Assembly (NCBI GenBank): GCA_009602735.1
Contig: WELA01002904.1
Coordinates: 1 to 41,847, forward strand
Length of the DNA: 41,847 bases
Origin: Mesotaenium endlicherianum
Taxonomy: Eukaryota
Reading direction: 5' to 3'
Every line of letters starts with the position of its first letter. The first letter of the stretch is position 1. The translations under genes were made by a program, and so were the position numbers. The notes beneath the pieces are model-generated. The model worked only from the letters and a program-made list of their open reading frames with translations, had not been told where the DNA came from and searched no databases. Shown here in pieces: positions 27,287 to 40,727 of this stretch.

Positions 27287-29690
27287 ACGGTCTTTAAGTG
27301 TTCATTGTGCTGAGCTTCATCTTTAGAGAAGATTAAAATATCATCCAAGAAGACTTGCACAAACTTATCCAAATAAGGTCTGAAAATGTCATTCATAGCA
27401 CCCATGAAGGTCGCAGGAGCATTAGTCAGCCCAAATGGTATCACGTTGAACTCATAGTGTCCATAACATGTGCGGAAGGCGGTCTTGTGTTCATCCCCCT
27501 CAGCAATTCTGATTTGATGATAACCACTCTTGAGATCTATCTTACTGAACACCTTAGCACCAGACAAGGTATCAAGCAAGTCCTCGATTCTGGGTAAAGC
27601 ATACTTGTTCTTTACTGTAATCCTGTTCAGAGCTCTGTAATCCACACACATCCGCATACTGCCATCCTTTTTTTTAAGAAATAGGATGGGTGCGCCGTAA
27701 GGTGATTTACTGGGAGAAATATAACCATTTTCCTCAAGCTCTGCAATCTGTGCTTTCAACTCCTCGCTCTCCACATAAGACAAGCCTTAAGTGCGTTGCC
27801 AGGGTGGTTGACTCCCAGGTAATAAATCAATCCTATGATCTACTTCTCTCTTAGGGGGTAGTCCCGGAGGCATACTAAATACATCCGTGTACTGAGCAAC
27901 AATTTTTGCAGCAGTAGGGTGCTCTGGAGGGCTTACCTTTTTCTCCACCACTTCTTCAGGTTGAGGAGGTACCTCTCTTAGCAGCAGCAGAACATTATGT
28001 CTTCCATCTGGTTCCAGCTTTTGACGAACTCCATTGCATTCAGCAACTTGCATCCTTCTGGAAGCCTCTTCTTTTCCTTCAGTTGCCATCCACACATGAC
28101 AAGAGGAAGAGCACTGGTGGGTGCCAAGTTAGTCTGCCCATCACTGGCTCCTCTCACTTTAACTGTACCTCTGCTCCATCACACTTCAGCTTGATATCTA
28201 TTAAGCCAAGACCTGCCTAGCACAAGATCATAAAAGCCAGTGTTTTGTACCACAAATGTAAGCGTTTCAGTTAGAACTGCAATGCCAGAACCTAAGAATT
28301 CAATACTTTCCTTAAAGAAATCACACTTGCTCATTTTAGCATACAAGTGATTTTTCCTCAGAGTGTCCAGGACAATCTTTAAATGTTCAGTGTGCTGAGC
28401 TTCATCTTTAGAGAAAATTAAAATATCATCCAGGAAAGCTTGCACAAACTTATCCAAATAAGATCTGAAAATGTCATTCATAGCACCCATGAAGATAGCC
28501 GGAGCATTAGTCAGTCCAAGTGGCATCACGTTGAACTCATAGTGTCCATAACGTGTGCGGAAGGCAGTTTTGTGTTCATCCCCCTCAGCAATTCTGATTT
28601 GATGATAACCATACTTGAGATCTATCTTACTCAACACCTTAGCACCAGACAGGGTATCAAGCAAGTCCTCGATTCTGGGTAAGGCATACTTGTTCTTTAC
28701 CGTAATTCTGTTCAGAGCTCTGTAATCCACACACATCCGCATACTGCCATCCTTTTTCTTAACAAATAGGATGGGTGCGCCGTAAGGTGATTTACTGGGG
28801 GAAATATAACCATTTTCCTCAAGCTCTGCAATCTGTGTTTTCAACTCCTCGCTCTCCACACAAGACAAGCCATAAGTGCGTTGCCAAGGTGGCTGACTAC
28901 CCGGTAAAAAATCAATCTGATGATCTACTTCCCTCTTAGGAGATAGTCTTGGAGGCATATTAAATACATCAGCAACTTGCATCCTTCTGGAAGCCTCTTC
29001 TTTTCCTTCATTTGCCATCCACACAGGACAAGAGGAAGAGCACTGGTGGGTGCCAAGTCAGTCTGCCCATCACTGGCTCCTCTCACTTTAACTGTACCTC
29101 TGCTTCAACACACTTCAGCTTGAAGCCAGGACCTGCCTAGCACGAGATCATAAAAGCCAGTGTTGAGTACCACAAATGTAAGCGTTTCAGTTATAACTGC
29201 AATGCCTGAACCTAGCTGGACCTCAATAGGCTTGGTTATAACTCCTCCCGGGATACTTGAGGCATCTCCAAGGAATATTTTTCTATTGCCTTGGGTGACA
29301 GTGGGCAGCCTTAGCCGCTTAACTAAGTCCTTATGGATAAAAGTATGTGACGCCCCTCCGTCAACAAATGCCCTCATCTTCCTACCTGCAATCATGCAAT
29401 GCAATAGGATAGGGAGGACTGTCTTTTCCTGACTTTCGCATTGTTCTCCTGACTTAGCAAAGAAATGTTGGACATCAGGTGGAACAAGAGCATCCAGAGT
29501 GTGCACTCTCTGGATGTCTATATTGCTGATGGTCTCCTTTATNCGATGGTCTCCTTTATCTGATTGTTAGGCATGCATAGTGAATCCAGCAAGACCCATA
29601 ATACCTGCTACGAGGGTAGCTAGTGACGACTCACTATCTCTAGCATCCTCACAGTCAGTAGACTAGATTACTGACTGTTGTTGTCTTTTA
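27287..29690 (-). pseudogene. pol: A3 pol, 5' part, with tandemly duplicated PR-RT segment, deletions and stops
   Basis: ORFs 29105-29506, 28179-29024, 27787-28095 and 27271-27783 match A2 pol; the RT N-terminal half is present twice. Confidence 0.9.
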
Positions 29691-31143
29691 AAGGCTGGTC
29701 TTTTCTCTCGACCTTCGAAAGGTGCTTGTCTGGACACTGCTCTCTGAAGTGACTTGGCTGCTGGCAATGGAAGCAAACTGATTATGCTGAGGCTGGTCTC
29801 GGCTTAGTCCTACCGCCACCTCTTCCATAGCCGCCTCGAGAGAAACCACCTCTCCCTCTAGACTGCATAGCATTGTACTCATACCCATATTCATCACCCT
29901 GATCATCTTCAGCCTGGTCTCCGTCAATCGCATTGTAGGAACCGTGGGGCTTTTTGACAACCTTAGACACCAAAGCATTACTCTGGCGCTTGTGATTGAA
30001 CTGCTGCTGATCCCAGGCATCAGCATCCTAGATCAAGTCAACCAGTTTCTCATACTTCTTCTCAGCAAAATGATCAGAGACTTCGGATTTCAAGCCATAC
30101 CTGAAGTATGCTATCCTATACCGTTCTGGCAAATCTGGCTGCTTCATCATGTTCTCTTGGAACTTTTGAGCAAACTCAGCAACTGAAGTGGTCTGCTTCA
30201 GTGTCCGGGAGATCATCGCATAGATAGCTTTCTCCTGCTGGTTGATGACATCAAACTTCTCATGCAACTTCTCGACAAACTCTACCCACGTAGGGTCACC
30301 GAGTTGCTGAGCCTTACGCTCTCCTTTCCAGTTAAGCCACCAGTCTGCAGCACTGCCTTTCAGTAGCGCACCGGTATGCCTGACCTTCTCGTAATCTTGC
30401 AGTTCTGGGTAGTTCTCCAGCCACTGCTTAAAATCCGCGAGAAACTTGATCAGGTAATATTTTCTGTTTTCCTCAGGATCATAATCCTGGGGAGGTTTCG
30501 GCTTGGGCTTACTAGGCCCTTTGCCACCACCACTAGTGGTTTGAGATCCCAGTTGGTCTCTGTCCCGTAGTATAGACATTAAGATTCTTTTGTCCTCCTG
30601 TTGGGACTGATACATGGTCGCCATTTGCGACTGCATTTGAACGAACAATGCTCCCAAGTCTAAACTCTGGGGTGGTAGTCTAGCAAATGCAGCAGCAGCA
30701 TTGGCATCTACTCGCTGAGTAGTGTCCTCAACAGTCCCTCTCGCTCCTGCAACAGCAAATCTTGCCGCATTCAGCCGGTCACGTATTTGACCTAGGGGTA
30801 CATTGAGTTGTACAGCAGGAGGTGGGTTCAGAACATTGGCCCTGGATGCCATAAGTTCTTCAACCGTGCGCTCGTCAGCGGGCTGTCCTTCCCTCTTTTC
30901 TGCATCTACAGCAGCCTTTGCTAATTGTTCAGCTAATTTGGCTCTCTGCTCCTCAGCTTGCTGTGCTGCGACTGCGGCAATAGCAGCTGCCTCATCTGCA
31001 GCCTCTCTAGCTGCAGTATCTGCCACTGCTTTAGAATAGGTACGGGTTCCCGCTACATGGCTTTCCGCCTGGTTTTCGACATTCTCGTTATCCTGGTTCT
31101 CCATGTCTCGGGAGTTGCTAGTTTGAGACCTTGTCCTTACCAT
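29668..31143 (-). pseudogene. gag: A3 gag with two premature stops (30028, 29782)
   Basis: [13 protein letters not shown]... colinear with A2 gag. Confidence 0.92.
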
Positions 31144-31177
31144 ACAAAGAAGACTGTGATAACTGCTCCGATACCAC

Positions 31178-31897
31178 TGAAATGAATCGACTTACCAAAT
31201 AGGCGATTAACAATTAACAAAGATCTTCATATCAGCAAGTAATCTTCATGGTATTTTCCATTAACTGCTTAAACGGCAAAGGACAACACACTAGCAGTGA
31301 ACAATACTCGTAAGTCAAATGCGAGTTGACTAGCATCAATAATGCAATCAGTAAACTCATACATAAGTAAGGTTGGAAGACAGTGTGTATCAATGGCTTC
31401 TCGCCTTGGATTCAAGTTTCTCTAAGTAAGCTGTACAAGAGAGTTGGCCTCGTTTTCAAATGCCGAACTCGAGAACAATGCCTAGCATATGTACATGGAA
31501 TGAGTTTACTGTTCAACGGCCATTGCGATAACACCGCCTACCCGGGAGTTAACCACGTTGGTAGGACCTCCTTTAACCAAATCCACCGCCATCTCCCATC
31601 ATCCCGAATCGCCATCCATCATAGGGATGTCATCTGGCCATTCATCTAGCGTATCACACTTAGATGCAAATCGAGGCAGTTTGTTGCTACCGAGTACGAA
31701 AGTCAGCTGGCTGTCAAAGAATGTGTCAGCAAGCTGACTTAAGTTGACTTCAGCCTGCTGCTTTCGGCCGAGTTATTAAACTGATATTAGATATGAAGTC
31801 CAGCAGACTGATTATCAAGTAGGGTTCAGTAGGCTGAACTTAATTAACTATTATATTTAAATGAATATTATATCTACTAATATACTGATTCATTACA
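31178..31897 (-). repeat. 5' LTR of A3 (PBS at 31165-31176)
   Basis: Reverse complement of LTR A, followed by TGGTATCGGAGC. Confidence 0.93.
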
Positions 31898-33406
31898 CCA
31901 GGGCCATCGAAACAAGGTACATCTCCTTCACCTGATTTACCCTGCATAGCTTTTTAACTTGCAGGCTCGACAGAAGACAGTTACTTGTGGTCGTATCTAC
32001 CTCCACCTGTTTCGCTGTCTCCATTTGACCATCACGCCCTTGGACTTTCACTTGTCCTGTGCTCCAGTGCACTTGAGGGTTGGCTTTCCTCAGCCATGGT
32101 CGGCCCAATATCACCTCATGGTGACCCAACTCTGCCTGCTCTATAACTTCAGTACTTTGGTGCCCCGCTACTTCCACGTGAATAGCTTTCGTAGGTGCAC
32201 CACACATGAGTCTCTGCCCATTCGTCAAAATTGCCTCCTTAGGCTCATAATGCTTTTGCACAGGGATTTGCCACTCTTTCACCAGCTTCTTGTGCACAAA
32301 ATTTGCACTTGCGCCACTGTCGACCATACACTTCGCCTTATTGCCGTCGACCACTCCTTCCACGATGATAGGCTTGTCAACGTCTCGTGTTTTGCTTCTC
32401 GACAGGCTCCTGGGGATAACCTCCTTGTGAGTTTCCTTCTTCACGCCAGTAGACACCCCAGAACGACTTACTGGCGTCCTCCTTTCCTGCTGTTGAGGTT
32501 GCTTCGCCTTCACATGCCCGTCTTGAGCCAGATGTCCAAGCTTGCCACAATTATAGCAGGGTCCTCTCGGCTTAAAATTCTGCTGCCTGCGCTGGTACTG
32601 AACAAGTCCCAACTCCATAGGTACTGGACCTTGAACACTCGTGCTTGGCGCTTGAGATGACCTCCAAAGTTGTGATTGCCCCACTGCCTCTGACCATCCT
32701 CCACAGCGTCGACCCTCGTTGCCAATGCCATTATTTTTCCACGACTGGTAGGGTCCTTGAGCGCAACTTCCTTGGCTATAGTTGGTTTGAGTCCCCTCTT
32801 GAACTTGTCCATCATCTCCGACTCGTGCATAGATGGACACTAAAGCACAAGCTTGTTGAAGCGCGAAACATACTCTTGAACGCTTGCTCGTTAACGAAGG
32901 CGCACCAATAGATCTCGAGCAGTAGCCTCGGGTGCAATAGGTCGAAATTGCCTCTTCAAGCCTTCAAATAGATGATCAACAGTAGCAGGCACTCCAGACA
33001 GCTGCTCTTCTCGTACATACCAAGCTCCAGCACTCTTCTGCAGCAAAGTTATGACAAAGGCAACTTCCTTGTCGAGCGTGAGAGCAAAATCCTCCATAAA
33101 CTTCTTCACTCCAAAAATCCATTGATGAACAGGCGGCGATCCACGCTCTCCAATATACACTTCAAGCTCAGACGCACGCACTCCCAATGCGGGTTGAATA
33201 ACAGGTTGCACCACTGGGTTAACATGAATTGGTGGTACAACAGGTGCAGGTGTCGAACTCGTCGAAGCGGCGTTCCCCATAACAACTCGCACCATTCTCT
33301 CCACCTCCGCGTGCATATTTTGTTGAAACTGGGTGTAGACTTCTCCTCCAATTGCATTCGCCATTTGCCTTAGCATCGCCTGCATCTCTTGTTGCTCTCT
33401 TGTCAT
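31898..33406 (-). pseudogene. gag: Family-B gag-protease, disrupted
   Basis: LLQKSAGAWY gag core, GPVPMELG, CYNCGKLGH knuckle, MVDSGAS protease, ILGRPWL; stop at 32891 and a frameshift. Confidence 0.85.
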
Positions 33407-34260
33407 CGTTGGTGCTGCCTGCTGCCCCGCGCGCTCTACATGCTCGACATGTTCGCCTCCTCCAGCTGCCGGCTACGACTTCGTAATATAATATGCAAAC
33501 TAGCCTAGCTCCGATACCAGATGAAAGGAGCAGAGTGCCCTAGTGAAAGCGTAGTGACTCACGAGGCAAAGAACTAGTTGCAATCATACTAATGAGTGCA
33601 ATGGCATATCACTAATAGAGCTTAGGAAAATTACTCAACGTTTTTAGTGGCAAGAAAGTGCTCACAAATGATGTAGGATGGAAGGTCTTGTCATTACAAA
33701 TTCGTAGAAACTTACAGAAGTGAAAATTGATAAAAAATGAAGTGGTTATGTCTATTTATAGTTTTTTACGCCCCCAGGCGGGAGGGCCGCTTAGCAACGA
33801 ATTCTCCTAAGTGTTTGTCAAATCGTCCTTTCCAGAATATTTGTGAGAAAGCCAGATCAGTCTCATCTGACGTGTCGGGCCGATTTGACGTCCACATGCA
33901 TGAAATATCTAGAATATACTAACTTAGACGCGCTAGGCTAATCCGAAACTTCTAGGTAAATTGGCCTAGTCGGCACTTCGCGCCAGCCGAACTTTCATGA
34001 AAGTTCGAATTCACTCTAACGGCCCAGATCGCTTGACGCTGTCGGTCAATCCGACGGTCGCGCTCACCGCGAGTTAAGGACAGTCGTCAACCGACCTCAA
34101 AACTAATTAAACTTTAGAAATCCGTAACTCTCTCAATACTAGACCAAATTTGATGAATTATATATCAAAATGAACACAAAAATGCACTCTGGAGTTATAT
34201 GCAATCAAAACATACTTTCATGAAACTCAAAAATACACTTCATAAATCTATGACCTTACA
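31898..34260 (-). mobile_element. Family-B gypsy element, 5' part (LTR 33522-34260, PBS 33508-33519), cut by A3
   Basis: LTR B, TGGTATCGGAGC, then gag-protease remnants. Confidence 0.88.
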
Positions 34261-35859
34261 AGAAGAAGATCCGGTTCCAGGTCTCGCTCTCCAGAAGATA
34301 GATTCCCTGGTATTTAGTTTGCTGATGTCCTTCTTTTGGAGCCAGTATGCTTTTGTGTAGCATGTGTGTTACTCGTTGCAGTCAGATAGTTAACAAGAGT
34401 TGTCGAGTCGATAACAATTTAAGTTGGAAGGATTGTAATGAATGAGTATATTAAGTAGATATAATATTCCTTCATATATAATAGTTAAACAAGTTCTATC
34501 TGCTAGAACGTAATTAATATTTGTCTACTGTATTGTAATACGTTGTTTAATGACTCAGTCGTGGGCAGCAGGCTGAAGTCAACATAGGTCAACCTCAGCC
34601 TGCTGACTTAGGTCAGATTGCTGACATATTCTTTGACAATCAGCTGACTGCCGTACTCGATACCAACGAACTGCCTAGTTGTGCATCTTAGTGTGGTGTG
34701 CTAGATGAATAGCCACATGACGCCCTTAAGGTGGATGGCGAGTCGGGATGAGGGGGGATGGCTGTTGAAAGGGGAAGGGTGCGAGGAGTGCGCCATACAC
34801 ACTCACGCACCCTCACCCGCGAGTGGAAGCGTGCACGAAAACCTTTCCTAGCTACATACAACAAGGTGGAGGGGCCTGGTTTTATGCCACCCTTGCAAGA
34901 GTTAGAGGGGTACATGAGAGAGGAGTGGAAAAGAACTCACTTTATTAAGGAACAGTCGCGTGCAAGATAAGAAGGTTAGACTAGACTAGACTAGGCTAGA
35001 CCCCCTCTACTTCTTTGTGCTTCCCATTTATGCTTCAACTCTAAGTGTCCTATCTAGCAAAGTACCTCCAGAACCTTCTACTATGGCTCCTTCCATGTAG
35101 GTGACCTTGCCTAGTTGGACAAGCTAGCACACTCACACGCACGCAATCACACTCTAGAATATTCTACTACACAATCCACTAACTCCTCACAAACTTTCTA
35201 GAAATTCCACGATCACTTTGGCACTCTACGTAATTGTACGTAGTTTTTGGAACCCTCATGTTTCAATGTCCTACTTTCTGAACTCCAACCAAAATTCTCG
35301 TCACTGGACCTGTCCTTGTCACCAATTTGAATATGTGACATTAAAAACTCACTAAAAACTCCCAGAACTCATAACTTTCTCAATACTTGTCCAAATGACT
35401 TGAAATAAAGGTCAAAGTTCTTCTAAAATCACACTCTATGCATATAAAATGCTAGAAGACTACAAACTACCCTTTCATAACCTTACAGCTGTGGATTTGG
35501 TTAGCCGAGGTCCTAACGACGAAGTTAACTCCCGGGTAGGCGGTGTTATCGCACTGACCATTGAATAGTAAACTCATCCATGTACATATGCTAGGTATTG
35601 CTCTCGAGTACGGCATTCAAAATCGAGGCCAACTCTATTGTATTGCTCATTGAGAGATATATGAATCCAAGGCGAGAAGTCATTGATACGCACTATCTTC
35701 TAGCCTTGCTTATGTATGAGTTTACAGATTGCATGAATTATGCTCGTTTACTTGCATTTGATTTGTGAGTATTGCTCACTGCTAGTATATTGTCCTCATA
35801 TTGTTAAATCGATAACAAGAAATACCATAGAGATTACTTGCTGATTTGAAGATCTTCAT
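34261..35859 (+). mobile_element. 3' end of an A' element: ORF3 tail, PPT 34421-34433, diverged LTR from 34434 (split by solo LTR C, 3'-truncated)
   Basis: Homology to 2142-2360 (reverse complement) and to LTR A. Confidence 0.8.
34766..35487 (-). mobile_element. Family-C solo LTR with 5-bp TSD
   Basis: GCTGT at 34761-34765 and 35488-35492; termini TGTAAGG...CCTTTCA resemble LTR B (orientation inferred from that). Confidence 0.88.
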
Positions 35860-36584
35860 TGAAATGAATCGACTAATCAAATAGGCGATTAACAATTAAT
35901 AAAGATCTTTATATCAGCAAGTAATCTTTATGGTAATTTTCGTTAATTGATTTAACAGCAAAGGACAACACACTAGCAGTGAATAATACTCGTAAGTCAC
36001 ATGCAAGTAAACTAGCAACAACAATGAAATCAATAAACTCATACATAAGCAAGGTTAGAAGACAGTGCGTATCAATGGCTTCTCGCCTTGGATTTAGATT
36101 AACAATTAATAAAGATCTTATATCAGCAAGTAATCTTTATGGATTTTTTGTTAACTAATTAAACGGCAAAAGGACAACACACTAGCAGTAAATAATACTC
36201 GTAAGTCAAATGCGAGTAAACTAGCATCAATAATGCAAATCAGTAAACTCATACATAAGCAAGGTTAGAAAACAGTGCGTATCAATGGTTTCTCGCCTTG
36301 GATTCAGATCTCTCTCAGTAAGCTGTACAAGAGAGTTGGCCTAGTTTCCCAATGCCGATTTCGAGAGCAATGCCTAGCATATGTACAGGGAATGAGTTTA
36401 CTGTTCAACGGCCAGTGCAATGGCACCGCCTACCCGGGAATTGACCACGTTGGTAGGACCTCGGTTAACCAAATCCACCGCCATCTCCCATCATCCCGAA
36501 TCGCCATCCATCATAGGGATGTCATCTGGCCATTCATCTACACTTAGATACATATCGAGGCAGTTTGCTGCTACCGAGAATGGA
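35860..36584 (-). repeat. Partial family-A LTR with internal ~210-bp tandem duplication
   Basis: Reverse complement of the LTR A 3' portion; 35887-36096 is repeated from 36097. Confidence 0.85.
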
Positions 36585-37124
36585 TGTAGTGATTTGAGTT
36601 ATTATATATTAGTTTGCATATATTTTAATGTTTTCAAATTTATTTGGAGTAGTATTGTGTGGAGTCAAGTGTGAATAGGTTCTCTAGTAACTTGGTTCAT
36701 GTCCTTTGAACCTTCCAAGGCATTTTCGAAGTTAGAGGAAAGACCTAGAAGAACTCCATGTGGCAAAAGTCAAATGTGCCATTTTTAGGTCAAAAGGACA
36801 TCTGTACATTATTCTAGAAAGAGGTGGCAAGTTTTGGGATGTGTTGGGTGCCAACACACCAACATACACCTTCCTAGAAATTATTTATGTAGCAAGTTTA
36901 TGAACAAGAGCTAAAACATAGAAAGACATTCCAGAATCACTCTTGTACTTGCCAAAATCCAGAAATATATTAACTTTCAAGAAGCAATCTCTCTTACAAG
37001 TAGCTACCACTTGTGTTCAAAGATCCTTGTCTTGAATAGATAAAGTATTCTATTTCACTAAGTACTTTATCCATCTGTTTCACTGCAGTGGTATCGGAGC
37101 TAGGCACTTTGGTAGCACAAGAAG

Positions 37125-38405
37125 ATGGCCGATCCTCAAGACCAACAGCAAGCTTTTGAAAGAAGCCCTTCCCCTCCAAGACACCCTCCTCCAGCACCAA
37201 TGGGAGGGCCCACTCAAGAAAATCTGCAACAACAAGAAGCACCACAAGGAGGAGCAAACCCTCCTCCAGCACCGATGGGAGAGCCTACTCAAGGAAATCT
37301 GCGACAACAAGAAGCACCACAAGGAGGAGCACCGTTAAATCCCGTGGCAGTCGCTTTAGCAAAGTTGACCCCACCACAAGGAGTTCCCGCAAATGAGTGG
37401 GCAGCCTTCCTAATGACCGTCCACAATCAAGTGGACCTGGCCACCTATGAAGCAACCGTGCAAGCGTCAAGAGAAGCTATGGCTGCCATGGTTGCCCTTA
37501 TTGCGAGCAATGCTCAAAATCCAGCCCCGGCTCAAGCGCCTCCACAAGAGCCAACAAGAGCAAGGAAACTCATCCAGCCCGACAAACTCGACACTTTCAA
37601 CTCCGGGAATGGTGCCAACCTGAATTTATGGCTTTACCAAGTGGAGACGTACCTCGCGTTCCTTGAAGTACCCGAGGAGGACTACGTTCCCTTTGCCGTT
37701 ACCTTACTTAGAGGAGCAGCAATATCATGGTGGCGTAACTATCAAGCGGCTATATATCAAGCTATGGCGCACCCCATGCTCGGCCAAGAGCCCCCACCTT
37801 CATATGCAAGATGGGCAGATTTTCGTGAGGGCCTCAAGAAGCAATTGATGCCCATCAATGCGGAGAAGATTGCCCGAGGAAAGCTCCACCATCTCAAGCA
37901 AACGACGTCCGTTCAAGAGTATACATCCAGATTTCACGCCCTCACTCTTGAGATCCCCAACATGTCTCTCGAGGAGAAGATTGACCGTTACATCTTTGGC
38001 CTCAAACCCAAGGTGGCAAAGGAAGTGGAGTTACGCGACTTGACGGACTTCTCAAAGATCATTGAAGTGGCCCAAAAGGTGGATACCTTGGATTTCAAGC
38101 ACTCCGTGCCTTCATCTTCACGGGTACCGACGACGCGGGTGTACGCAGCCCCTTCCACATCCGAATCTGGACCCACACCCATGGAAATCGGAGTTATTAA
38201 AAGGGACCCCGCGGCTGCCCGGAAGAGTGGAAGACCCTCCAATGACACTTATGATGCAAGAAACCAGCAAGGAGTGAAAGCAAGACTCTCCCCGGCTGAA
38301 AAAGAAGCTCTCATGACGGCTGGACTATGCTTCTATTGCAAGGAAAAGGGCCATCGTGCACTTTCATGCCCCAAAAAGTTGTCAAAAAACGGACAGCGCC
38401 GGTAG
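37125..38405 (+). CDS. gag: Gag (D)
   Basis: [42 protein letters not shown]; 75-bp tandem repeat at 37184-37333. Confidence 0.92.
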   Translation: MADPQDQQQAFERSPSPPRHPPPAPMGGPTQENLQQQEAPQGGANPPPAPMGEPTQGNLRQQEAPQGGAPLNPVAVALAKLTPPQGVPANEWAAFLMTVHNQVDLATYEATVQASREAMAAMVALIASNAQNPAPAQAPPQEPTRARKLIQPDKLDTFNSGNGANLNLWLYQVETYLAFLEVPEEDYVPFAVTLLRGAAISWWRNYQAAIYQAMAHPMLGQEPPPSYARWADFREGLKKQLMPINAEKIARGKLHHLKQTTSVQEYTSRFHALTLEIPNMSLEEKIDRYIFGLKPKVAKEVELRDLTDFSKIIEVAQKVDTLDFKHSVPSSSRVPTTRVYAAPSTSESGPTPMEIGVIKRDPAAARKSGRPSNDTYDARNQQGVKARLSPAEKEALMTAGLCFYCKEKGHRALSCPKKLSKNGQRR

Positions 38406-40726
38406 GCCAGGAGCCTACCACCCCAAGACCCACTTCACGAGAAGGCAACACGCCAAGTGAGGTGGAGACCCCCGTTGAAGACGACGTTCCAGCCCCAATG
38501 AGTTTGAGAGGTTACCTTGGAGGAGAGAAGGTCCACATCTTGGTGGATAGCGGAGCTCAAGGCAACTTCATTGCTGCAGATTTTGCCACCAAGCACGGTA
38601 TTACTATGCGAACTCTTGACCACGACGAGGAGATTATGATGCCCGATGGATTCTCCTATACTACCCCTTCCAAGAAGACGTACCCCTTGGCACTCTCTAT
38701 CAAGTCCTTCAAGGATAGAGTAGTGTTCTCCCCCATGCAATTGGGCAAGTACGACGTCATCCTAGGGACGCCTTGGTTGACCAAGCACAACCCCCAAGTT
38801 GATTGGAGGACCGGTACTATCAAGATCAAGAATGACATCACTTCAAGAATCTGTATTTTGCGCGCAATCCAGAATATCCAGACCCAAGACATCCAGAAGC
38901 CGGCACACGAGATACTATTGTCCGCCCTCCAACTCAAGAGACTTGTGAGGAAGGGACACGAGCTTCTTTTGGCCTTGATCACGCCAAAAGACATCAAGAA
39001 AGACATCGAGAGTCAAGAAGGCAGCCCCGTTCCCAAGGAGATACAAGAAGTCTTTGAGGACTACAAAGAAGTGTTCTCCCCGGAATTGCCCAAGGGCCTA
39101 CCCCCCAAAAGATTCGTAGACCACAAGATAGAGTTGGAGCCCGGAAGCAAGCCCATCTCTCGGCCTACGTTCAAAATGTCATACACGGAGCTAGACGAAG
39201 TCAAGAAGCAAATCAAGGAGCTACTGGAGCATGGCTTCATTCGACCTAGCAAGTCGCCATTTGGAGCCCCGGTGCTATTTGTCAAGAAGAAAGATGGTAC
39301 CTTGAGGATGTGTGTGGACTATCGCGCCCTCAACAAGATCACCATCAAGAATCGATACCCGCTGCCGCGCATGGATGAGCTCATGGACCGGCTGGTTGGA
39401 GCCAAGTACTTCACGAAGATTGACTTACGGAGCGGCTACCACCAGATTCGCATCGCAGAACCGGACATAGAGAAGACGGCATTCAGGACAAGATATGGAC
39501 ATTTTGAGTTCATGGTCCTGCCATTTGGACTCACCAACGCGCCAGCAACTTTCATGACTATGATGAACACCATATTTCAGCCCATGTTGGACAGATTTGT
39601 GGTGGTATTCATCGATGACATCCTTATCTACAGCAAGACCCTTGAAGAGCATGCGAGACACTTGAAAGAAGTCCTTGAAGTATTGAAGCTATTTGCGAAG
39701 GAGTCAAAGTGCGAGTTTGCCAAACAAGAAGTGGAGTTCCTAGGTCTCCACGTGACTGCTAATGGCATCAAGATGGACCCCAAGAAGACCACGGTGGTGG
39801 AGGAATGGCCAACCCCCACGAACAAGAAAGAACTCCAGTCATTCTTGGGATTTGCCAATTGGTACAGGAGATTCATCCAAAGCTTCTCGCACATAGCAGC
39901 CCCCCTGACAGATCTACTCAAGAAGGACAGGCTATATACATGGACCGAGAAAGAGGAAGAGGCATTTCAAGAGTTAAAGCGAAGATTGACCACATCTCCG
40001 GTGCTCACTCTCCCAAGTCCAAACCCAGATTGGCCCTTCCACGTCATCACCGATGCATCTTCCTATGCAATAGGAGCAATCCTGCTTCAAGACCAAGGCA
40101 AGGGACTGCAGCCCATTGCCTACGAGTCAAGAAAGCTAAATTCGACCGAGCAAAATTATACAACCACGGAGCGAGAGGCATTGGCGATTGTACATGCCTT
40201 GAAGGTTTGGCGCTGCTACGTTGAAGGACGCAAGGTACTGGTCACCACGGACCACGAGGCGTTAAAGCACCTCCAGACGCAGCCGTATCTCTCAAGGAGA
40301 CAAGCAAGATGGAGCGGATACTTGCAACAATACAACATCACGATTCAGTACCAGCCCGGCAAGACAAACCCGGCTGACCCCCTCTCAAGACTGCAATTAA
40401 ACGCCGTGATGACATCCCTGAAGACAGATCTGGAAGCTCGATTTTCAGCCGCCTATGAAAGAGACCCTTACTACAAGAACGGAGAAGCAGCCTTGGACCC
40501 ATACAAGAAGCAAGAAGGCAATTATTGGGTGAGGCAAGACTCGGGCCAGAGATGTGTTCTTAATGACTTAGACCGCCGGCTCTTGCTTCTACGAGAAGCA
40601 CACGACAACTCTCTTGGAAAACACTTTGGAATCCTAAAGACCACGGGCGTTCTAGCCAGGATTTATTGTTGGCCAGGCATGTCTAAGCAAGTCAAGGAGT
40701 ACTGCAGGAGCTGTGACACATGCCAA
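38387..40726 (+). CDS. pol: Pol (D), -1 frame, truncated after the integrase HHCC domain
   Basis: [39 protein letters not shown]; slippery A AAA AAC at 38384-38390. Confidence 0.92.
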
Positions 40727-40727
40727 N

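Larger units (their letters stand above)
2790..31897 (-). mobile_element. Family-A chromovirus copy A3, degenerate, split by three nested insertions
   Basis: Removing 3860-12080, 12743-13487 and 16241-27286 leaves a colinear 5'LTR-PBS-gag-pol-ORF3-PPT(2835-2847)-truncated 3'LTR(2790-2834). Confidence 0.82.
36585..40726 (+). mobile_element. Family-D gypsy element: 5' LTR 36585-37087, PBS 37089-37100, gag, pol truncated in the integrase
   Basis: TGTAGTGA...TCACTGCA, then TGGTATCGGAGC, gag and pol; the LTR extent rests on a single copy. Confidence 0.85.
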
